The notes under the pieces: generated by a model | Seen by the model: the letters and a program-made list of their open reading frames with translations, nothing else | Told to the model about the DNA's origin: nothing | Database searches by the model: none | Program-made: the position numbers and the translations under genes | Shown here: positions 57,832 through 64,000 of the stretch, in pieces | Layout: every line of letters starts with the position of its first letter | How positions within the stretch are numbered: position 1 is the stretch's first letter | DNA from: a virus | Taxonomy: Duplodnaviria > Caudoviricetes | Reading direction: 5' to 3' (one strand) | DNA: 64,000 bases | Virus record (IMG/VR): IMGVR_UViG_3300031992_000007 | Coordinates: 160,001-224,000 of that record

Positions 57832-58376
57832 CAGTCCGTAATAACGGCATCCTGATAGGTCATGAACCCAGTCTTGAAGATATGGAACAACCTGTAGCAG
57901 TAGGAGTCTGGGTTCGAACCGATTCTGTCGAATGGTATCGGATAGCCCATGACTCCGTCCTCAGCAATGGAGCTGAACAGAGTAGTTCCATCATCGATGT
58001 TCTCTGGCATGGAACCCTTCTTGCACACAAGCACATCCCGGTCAAACACATCTACTTCTATTCTGTCAACAGCATTAAGCATGTTAGAGATGTGGAGTAG
58101 ATAGTGTGTACCACTGCGCACGAGGATAACAGATCCTTCTGGGTCGGGGAAGATGTTGCCATCGAAGGTGATGTCAACCCACTCCCCTTCCTTCTGCACG
58201 TAGTAGTGCATGGCAACATATCCAGCTTGTGTATCGACCAACCTGAAGACGGACCCTGGAGGAAGGGTAGACGGATCAGGAAGTTCGGTAGTACATCTGA
58301 CCATGATTGGCATAGCCGAGAGGTTAGCAATGGGCTCGTATGTCTTAACAGAACCTTTAATCTTCATTGTCAGCAC
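57831..58376 (-). CDS. Small fibre-associated protein with FN3-like module (181 aa)
   Basis: VLVCKKGSMPENIDDGT...YCYRLF is shared with neighbouring genes. Confidence 0.55.
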   Translation of the reverse strand: MLTMKIKGSVKTYEPIANLSAMPIMVRCTTELPDPSTLPPGSVFRLVDTQAGYVAMHYYVQKEGEWVDITFDGNIFPDPEGSVILVRSGTHYLLHISNMLNAVDRIEVDVFDRDVLVCKKGSMPENIDDGTTLFSSIAEDGVMGYPIPFDRIGSNPDSYCYRLFHIFKTGFMTYQDAVITD

Positions 58377-58382
58377 TCCTTA

Positions 58383-60134
58383 CTAGGCTACGATACAACA
58401 CCAGGCAACACCAGGTGCAGTCTGTATCCCATTAACATCTGTTTTGTCAGCCGCTACCTTTGACATACTGCAAGGAGCAGTGCTCACTACCTCAGTCCCT
58501 AGAGGAGGAGGTTCAGTGAACCCTCTGCTCTTGACAGACCATACCGACGAGTCTCCTATTACAGAGTACACGTTAGGTGAAATCTCTATCATTCCCAAGG
58601 ATCTGGTGTAATAGCCAGACAACTGTCCGTTCACATCGTACTTGACGTGAGATCTTGTTTCACCCAATTCAGGGATCTCGATCTCTGGGTTGAAGTACGT
58701 CCAGAACAATCCTTCAGGAACAGTGAAGAAGACCGCACTGTTCTTGCCGAAGAGTTCATAGTACGAAGGAATGAAGATCTTGTCCTTCGTCACCACTGGA
58801 GGATAACGGGGAGTCGATCCAGGATGAGTCAAGTCACTACCAAGAGTTGTGACAGCAGCATCAGCTAGAACATTCCTAAACTCTGCTTCTAGGAAGTCGT
58901 AGAATCCAGGCATTTCTCGCTTGCCGTATACACAAACCTGTTCACCAGCACCTGCGGGCAGATCATGAGGATGGGTAGGTTCGAATTCGTAGAACGCCTC
59001 GAAATACCCAAGCTCTTTCGGGTTAACTCTGTCCGGCCACGGTGGAATAGGAACTTGGATGTAGTTGCCTTCTTCAAGAATGAAGTAGTACTTGTTCAGA
59101 TCCCACTTGACGTCCTCAGACACCGTGAATCTGGTGTGTTTATTGAGGAACTGTCTCAAGTTGGATGATACCCAATCAGCTCTTCCTCTTTCACTTGCCC
59201 AGTAGGTCTTGTCCGCCTCACTGATGTTATCAGCTGGGTTGACAACTGTCTGCCTGAGTTCATTGATAATGGAATGCTGCTCCTTGGCATCATAAGTACA
59301 CTTGGGGAGGCAGTGTCTCGACATAAAGATAACACCTGGTTTCTGAACAACAGTGTCTCCTTGGTACACAGGGATATTAGTTCCCATATGAACAACTTGG
59401 AGATCAAGAGTTCCAAGAAGTCCGTGCTCGATCTCGACACAGTCTCCAACAGCGAAGATAGTTCCGCCTTTCCCAGCACGGATAATATCCCGAACATCTT
59501 CCCAAGTGAGAGTCTTGGAACCTTCTGCATCCAAGCCAGTTGCTACACCGTACTTAGTAACAGCGAAGATGTTGTAGGAGTAGTTCATCCCTCTAGGATA
59601 AGTGTCGAACAGAGGATCCTCCGCAGTGTAGTGATCACGTACACCAGACATGGCAACTATCTCACCATCGTGGATAGTCTTGGGCTGATAGGCATCAGGG
59701 TCTCCACCAGAAGGTACGAACTTGCGTACCACGACAGTATAAGCCCAAGTTGCACTGTCAGCAGCATCTCTGTACTTCTTGTCCTTAGGATCAGTCCAAT
59801 ACAAAGTTGTGTAACCACTGTAGCTATCGATGGTGATGTTGACATCACTAACCTTATCCAGAGCACCAGCTTCAGAGAAGGTAGCTATCTCCCAGGAGTA
59901 GACGATAACCTTGATACCAGTTGAAGGATCAACCTCATAGTGTGACACGCACTTATAGACATAACCCTTGAGGTAAATGCGATCACCTACTTTGCAGGAC
60001 TCTCTTAGGAAGAAACTCTGACCAAAGTTATCCTTACTAGGTGTAGGCAGTTCGTCTACAACATGGATGAGAGAACGAAGATCTTCAGGTAAAGCGACCA
60101 ATTCATCGTTGTCGATCAGTCTGTATTTCTTCAT
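58383..60134 (-). CDS. FN3-like + DUF6273 lectin-fold protein (583 aa)
   Basis: FAVGD, W..SNLRQFLN, TKDKIFIPSYYELFG, EG..W.YF, YYTRS (WWLRS equivalent) and GVAWCCIV. Confidence 0.75.
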   Translation of the reverse strand: MKKYRLIDNDELVALPEDLRSLIHVVDELPTPSKDNFGQSFFLRESCKVGDRIYLKGYVYKCVSHYEVDPSTGIKVIVYSWEIATFSEAGALDKVSDVNITIDSYSGYTTLYWTDPKDKKYRDAADSATWAYTVVVRKFVPSGGDPDAYQPKTIHDGEIVAMSGVRDHYTAEDPLFDTYPRGMNYSYNIFAVTKYGVATGLDAEGSKTLTWEDVRDIIRAGKGGTIFAVGDCVEIEHGLLGTLDLQVVHMGTNIPVYQGDTVVQKPGVIFMSRHCLPKCTYDAKEQHSIINELRQTVVNPADNISEADKTYWASERGRADWVSSNLRQFLNKHTRFTVSEDVKWDLNKYYFILEEGNYIQVPIPPWPDRVNPKELGYFEAFYEFEPTHPHDLPAGAGEQVCVYGKREMPGFYDFLEAEFRNVLADAAVTTLGSDLTHPGSTPRYPPVVTKDKIFIPSYYELFGKNSAVFFTVPEGLFWTYFNPEIEIPELGETRSHVKYDVNGQLSGYYTRSLGMIEISPNVYSVIGDSSVWSVKSRGFTEPPPLGTEVVSTAPCSMSKVAADKTDVNGIQTAPGVAWCCIVA

Positions 60135-60142
60135 AATTCTCC

Positions 60143-61450
60143 TTAACCGATAGATAGGATAACGTAAGACGTTTTCTTCGACTTGGCCACATCCAGCTCA
60201 GTGTAGTACTTCCCTAGAGAGTAGTATCTGTACCAGAGTTTGAAAGTGTCTTCGATATTGGGAGTCATTGACCAACCAGTTAGGTTGTACTGCTCTAGTT
60301 CACTAACTGTAGGAAGACGCACTCTATTTGGAACATTGTCCAGGAAGTCATTAGTTTCCAGGATCATGCTCGTGAAGATAGAGTCTAGTCCATTTAGGTA
60401 GTTGATGAATGTACCATTGAGGTAAGCTCTAGATGTGCTAGTGCTCCACTTGTTACTACCATTGGCAACAGCTTCCATATCTGTTTCCTTGACATAGATA
60501 CCCATGCTGGAAGTGATGTGCGTACCAGTAGGAACGGATGTCACAACGAACAATCCATTCTTCTTGATGTAATACACCTTGGTACCTTTGGCAGGAGCTA
60601 TCTCATCTGTTACAAGGATGTACTGAGCGTGGGCATTATCGAAGGCAAGGTTTGCAACAGTTGACTTACTCCTGAGTGCAACCGACCTAGGTCTAGCTGC
60701 ATCGGTAGAGTGGAACATATCGAACCCTATAACCTCAAAAGAAAAACGTTTGGAACCATTAACCAAGGTTATCTCATCTCCGATGTGGAAGATCTTGTCT
60801 GCAAATCCATTCTGAATCTGGGTTGACATGATCGGTCCCCACTCGGGAGACTGAGGAATAACCTGACAGGTATCATCAGAGGAAACTACTCCATCTGCAC
60901 TGTAAGCGAAGACTTTGTAGCGAGCAGCACCAGAGAGTCGTTCAGGAAGGAGATCAATGAATGCTTCACTCTGTCCCCAGTACTGATCCCTGATAGTGGA
61001 TTCAACTACAACCGTCCCGTCATTTTCATTGGCAGGATAGTCCTGGAACTTACGGACGACACGAGTTTTCTTCCACGCATACCTTCCAGTGTTCTCAGGA
61101 TCTTTCCACCTGAGGATAACAGAAGACTTATCGGGAGACTGAACACATGTGATCTCAGTAGGTATACCAACTCCCTTGGTAGGAGCACTCAACCTAACCC
61201 ACTTGGTAACATCAACATTCTTCTCCGTGGTGAGCACTTCCCCCGGCTGGAACGAGCCTATTCTGACTGACGGGATACAAATCTTGTGCGGGTAAATACC
61301 AACATCAGGAAGTACATCAACGAATTTATACGCCCAACAGATGTCTGTACCATCTGGAATCACTTCCTCGCTACCGATCTTACCTGATCTCGTACAAAAC
61401 TCAGCTTCTGGTGGAATATAAGGAACGAACTTCTCCATGATTCTAGCCAT
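60143..61450 (-). CDS. FN3-like + DUF6273 lectin-fold protein (435 aa)
   Basis: LRWKDPE...WKKTRVVRKF..YP....DGTVVV; FHIGDEI...FEVIGFD, NKWSTSTSRAYLN, VRLPTVSEL and WSMTP. Confidence 0.72.
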   Translation of the reverse strand: MARIMEKFVPYIPPEAEFCTRSGKIGSEEVIPDGTDICWAYKFVDVLPDVGIYPHKICIPSVRIGSFQPGEVLTTEKNVDVTKWVRLSAPTKGVGIPTEITCVQSPDKSSVILRWKDPENTGRYAWKKTRVVRKFQDYPANENDGTVVVESTIRDQYWGQSEAFIDLLPERLSGAARYKVFAYSADGVVSSDDTCQVIPQSPEWGPIMSTQIQNGFADKIFHIGDEITLVNGSKRFSFEVIGFDMFHSTDAARPRSVALRSKSTVANLAFDNAHAQYILVTDEIAPAKGTKVYYIKKNGLFVVTSVPTGTHITSSMGIYVKETDMEAVANGSNKWSTSTSRAYLNGTFINYLNGLDSIFTSMILETNDFLDNVPNRVRLPTVSELEQYNLTGWSMTPNIEDTFKLWYRYYSLGKYYTELDVAKSKKTSYVILSIG

Positions 61451-61470
61451 GGTTACAAATTCCTTTCTTA

Positions 61471-61500
61471 GCTAGTGAACCCCATGGAGGGTTCACTAGC
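61471..61500. terminator. Perfect 12-bp hairpin (terminator or regulatory)
   Basis: gctagtgaaccc / gggttcactagc directly upstream of the RBS of 61450; no U-tract. Confidence 0.45.
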
Positions 61501-61531
61501 ATGTTTAGATTGTGAACAGCATAAGATGGAA

Positions 61532-61852
61532 TTACGTCTTTGCCTGTTCTTGCATCAACTTGTCCCTGTATGCACAATCTCTTCCTTTGTCTGGATTGAC
61601 TATACACTTCCTGTACGGGCAGTAGAACTGTTCGGACCTAGGAGTTGGAGGCTGGTTCAACTTCTTAAGAACTCCATCGATGATCCTTTCAGCTGGAGAA
61701 GGTGTTAGCTTCTGTAGAGCTGGGCACTGGGAACAGGACTTAAGATAGTTCACTATGCCCGTGTGCCACTTCCACCTGCGCCTGATAGCTAAAGGTGAGT
61801 TGTCAGTTAGATCAGGAAGGTCATGATGCTTCTTTCGCAGGGCTTGAGGCAT
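61532..61852 (-). CDS. Small basic Cys-rich protein
   Basis: Likely start ATG 61852; CSQC and CPYRKC...C motifs. Confidence 0.5.
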   Translation of the reverse strand: MPQALRKKHHDLPDLTDNSPLAIRRRWKWHTGIVNYLKSCSQCPALQKLTPSPAERIIDGVLKKLNQPPTPRSEQFYCPYRKCIVNPDKGRDCAYRDKLMQEQAKT

Positions 61853-62807
61853 TGCTTTTCTTTCCTTTCTTAGATGGTTTTGGAGCTTCAATTTCCTCTG
61901 TCATCTCGTCAGGTGTATTCCCCGATGAGATCTCAATGGTAGCAGCTAAAGGTTTCTTAGCTTCTTCCTCAGGATCTATCTTGGGTTGTGGTTCATCTCT
62001 GTCATCAGGGAGGATGATAGGTTCAGCTGGAACAACTTCCACTCTAACATCTCTGGCAGGAATAGCTTTCTCAGCGTAACCAGGACGATGAGGTGGTTCC
62101 AGTTCCTGTTTAGGTTGCCCGAACAAGAACTTGTCATTCTTAAGAGCCGCTTCTCTTTCCTCTTCTGACATCTTCACGTACCTTACTTCCTCCTGAGGAG
62201 CTTTAGGTAGACTGTCAGCCGGTGGGATATACCTGGGTTTGTCAGGATCAAGATGGTAGCTTGCTGGAGCTTGAGCACGAACGTCCTTAATAAGACTATC
62301 GAAGTCAACTCTAACAGGAGCTGTTCCCATGATCTCAGCTGCAGTTATCTTGTGTTTGAAGAAAGAAGTGTCAACCTTGTCTTTCCTGAGGATGTGGAGA
62401 GAAGCTCCCTGTCTGGCAGCATCGCTTTCCATCCACTTCTTCAACAGTCTTTCTACCTCGATAGACTTTGTCAAGAAGACAGACATCTTCTCACTGTCCA
62501 TCTGAGTAACTGTATAAAGAACTCTAAGGGCTGCAAGGAGTTTAACCAACTCTCTTCTGCACAATGTCTGAAGTCTTTTCCTCTCTTCAGCTAGGTCTTT
62601 GTCGTAGAGATCCAAGGAGTTAGCAACTGCTATATTCTCGTAGATGTACTGAGTGTGATCAGTAATGCACTTACCCAGAGTGTCCCTATAGACTCGACTA
62701 AGTACATTTTCATCCAAAGTAGCTTGCTGCATCAAGATGTGAAGTTCCCTAGATCTCTCTAGAACAGTAAGTGTAGGAGGAGTCCTTTGGTCCCTGGTAG
62801 TTTCCAT
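61821..62807 (-). CDS. avd: Avd-like four-helix-bundle protein (DGR accessory type) with a long low-complexity C-terminal extension
   Basis: Start 62807 (TAATG coupling). Pattern R...L.V...REL...YR.TL...I.......I..AN.L......ER..LQ......L..L...W..SD..R matches the Avd-like proteins found beside DUF6273 targets. Confidence 0.65.
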   Translation of the reverse strand: METTRDQRTPPTLTVLERSRELHILMQQATLDENVLSRVYRDTLGKCITDHTQYIYENIAVANSLDLYDKDLAEERKRLQTLCRRELVKLLAALRVLYTVTQMDSEKMSVFLTKSIEVERLLKKWMESDAARQGASLHILRKDKVDTSFFKHKITAAEIMGTAPVRVDFDSLIKDVRAQAPASYHLDPDKPRYIPPADSLPKAPQEEVRYVKMSEEEREAALKNDKFLFGQPKQELEPPHRPGYAEKAIPARDVRVEVVPAEPIILPDDRDEPQPKIDPEEEAKKPLAATIEISSGNTPDEMTEEIEAPKPSKKGKKSNASSPAKEAS

Positions 62808-63079
62808 TATCGTATCCCCCAATTTTTAACAGGTAAGTGTTGTCTTGGAATAGGACTACTGGGAATATAGAGATCAGAATAAATGTACCTACGAAACGCT
62901 GATTCGAGATATGAAGCATGTCCGTATCTGACTCGTGGTATCTGTGTTTCCAACGACCCAGACAAAACTCTACGTCTCAGCTGTGCGTTTTCGACTATAT
63001 CGAGGATCTTCTGTCCGTCTCTATCGGAGAGTTCTACAAGCTCAGATTCGCCACCATTAACGGCTAATTCTAGTAACAT
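62807..63079 (-). CDS. Hypothetical protein (90 aa)
   Basis: AAGGAGG RBS; translational coupling to the next gene. Confidence 0.6.
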   Translation of the reverse strand: MLLELAVNGGESELVELSDRDGQKILDIVENAQLRRRVLSGSLETQIPRVRYGHASYLESAFRRYIYSDLYIPSSPIPRQHLPVKNWGIR

Positions 63080-63091
63080 GATTAACCTCCT

Positions 63092-63703
63092 TCATCTACA
63101 AAGGTAGGACAGCATAGCTTCTCTACGCCATGTCCTAAGTCTAACTTCCTTCTTAACCAACTTGAGAAGTACCTTGATAGCTTTGTTCTTCAGCCTTAAG
63201 AACTTCTTTAGGTTATACATCTCATTCAGTGTCTTGTCAGACATGGGACCAGATGCAGCCACAGCTCGTTCATAATACTTAAAGTACTCTGATGGACGGT
63301 ATGCATTGGAACCACCAGGGAACGCATGACGTACAACGTATTCGCTACAGCTCGGATCAAATGCATAACTAACAACGTAGATCATGTCTTCTGCAATGTA
63401 GAAGTACACCTCTTCAACTCTGTTCAGTTCAACAATAAATGCCGGCTTGTCTGACTTATAGACTAGCACATTACCACTTTCGATCTGATAAACAGTTCTC
63501 ACCATCCCTGTAGCAGCTCCGAAGTGGGATAGTTCACCTACAAAGTTGTAAAGAGATTTAAGACACGCTCTATGATTGACATATTCCTTCAGTATGTTCT
63601 CACGAACTTTCTCACTCTTGACTATCAGTCTGCGTTCATGTCTGGCAGACCAATTCTTGAGGTTCTCGAAGAACGATTTGTTGTTAAATAACCATTTGAA
63701 CAT
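63092..63703 (-). CDS. Hypothetical protein (203 aa)
   Basis: AAGGAG RBS; basic. Confidence 0.65.
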   Translation of the reverse strand: MFKWLFNNKSFFENLKNWSARHERRLIVKSEKVRENILKEYVNHRACLKSLYNFVGELSHFGAATGMVRTVYQIESGNVLVYKSDKPAFIVELNRVEEVYFYIAEDMIYVVSYAFDPSCSEYVVRHAFPGGSNAYRPSEYFKYYERAVAASGPMSDKTLNEMYNLKKFLRLKNKAIKVLLKLVKKEVRLRTWRREAMLSYLCR

Positions 63704-63740
63704 CTTGGATTCTCCTTTCGAAATAGTTGATATAACATCT

Positions 63741-63779
63741 AAAAAGAAAACAAAAAAGAAATCCCCACTGGATGTGGGG
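63741..63779 (-). terminator. Rho-independent terminator
   Basis: ccccac...gtgggg stem plus a long T-tract on the minus strand. Confidence 0.6.
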
Positions 63780-63787
63780 CTCTTTGA

Positions 63788-64000
63788 TCACACTGTACCT
63801 TCCATGTAGTGTGCCAGATAGTCATACGGATCTTCGTGACCCTCGTAGTTCGTCAAACGACATATGCTCCCATCAGACATAACTCCTACTGGGAATCCAC
63901 ATTCGTTGATGGCTGCTCGGATTATACGATCGAACTGCTCGACTCTGAGCATCTTTCCTGTATACCCCAGACTATCCAACCTCTGTGAGAGGTCAGCCCA
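63788..64000 (-). CDS. Hypothetical protein, 3' part (open to the right edge)
   Basis: The frame stays open upstream of the track's TTG start (WADLSQRLDSLGY...). Confidence 0.55.
   Translation of the reverse strand, partial: WADLSQRLDSLGYTGKMLRVEQFDRIIRAAINECGFPVGVMSDGSICRLTNYEGHEDPYDYLAHYMEGTV

Noticed and set aside
61451-61820. DGR template repeat next to the Avd-like gene
   Set aside because: No visible similarity to the 3' ends of the DUF6273 genes and no AAC-rich tract; the space holds a small ORF and a hairpin.
1-64000. CRISPR arrays, tRNAs, rRNA, IS elements, alternative genetic code
   Set aside because: No regularly spaced repeats, cloverleaf or transposase seen by eye. Genes are full length under the standard code, with TAA, TAG and TGA all used as stops.

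Overview
This is a gene-dense segment of a phiKZ-like, nucleus-forming jumbo phage (Chimalliviridae-type), read mostly on the minus strand. The core block is recognisable from motifs plus synteny. It contains chimallin (33552-35162), three split non-virion RNA polymerase beta/beta' subunits plus the gp68-type sigma-like subunit, an Mre11/SbcD nuclease, ChmC, the import factor PicA/Imp1, an SF2 helicase and a UvsX/RecA ATPase. Virion genes are phiKZ gp98-gp101-like and gp164-like proteins, plus a >2290-aa gp181/tape-measure-like ORF that runs off the left edge and is missing from the ORF track. phiKZ-type early promoters (TATATTAC) precede several key genes. The most unusual items are: (1) two tandem genes that look like divergent PicA paralogs, inserted directly ahead of picA; (2) a ~380-nt multi-helix non-coding RNA candidate ahead of uvsX; (3) a ~16 kb modular receptor-binding array (PA14, FN3-like and DUF6273 lectin domains) with a DGR Avd-like gene but no reverse transcriptase or template repeat in view; (4) a short Tyr-rich module grafted into many unrelated virion proteins; (5) a lipoprotein with a C-terminal membrane anchor (u-spanin topology). 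All family calls come from remembered motifs and gene order; no database search was run.
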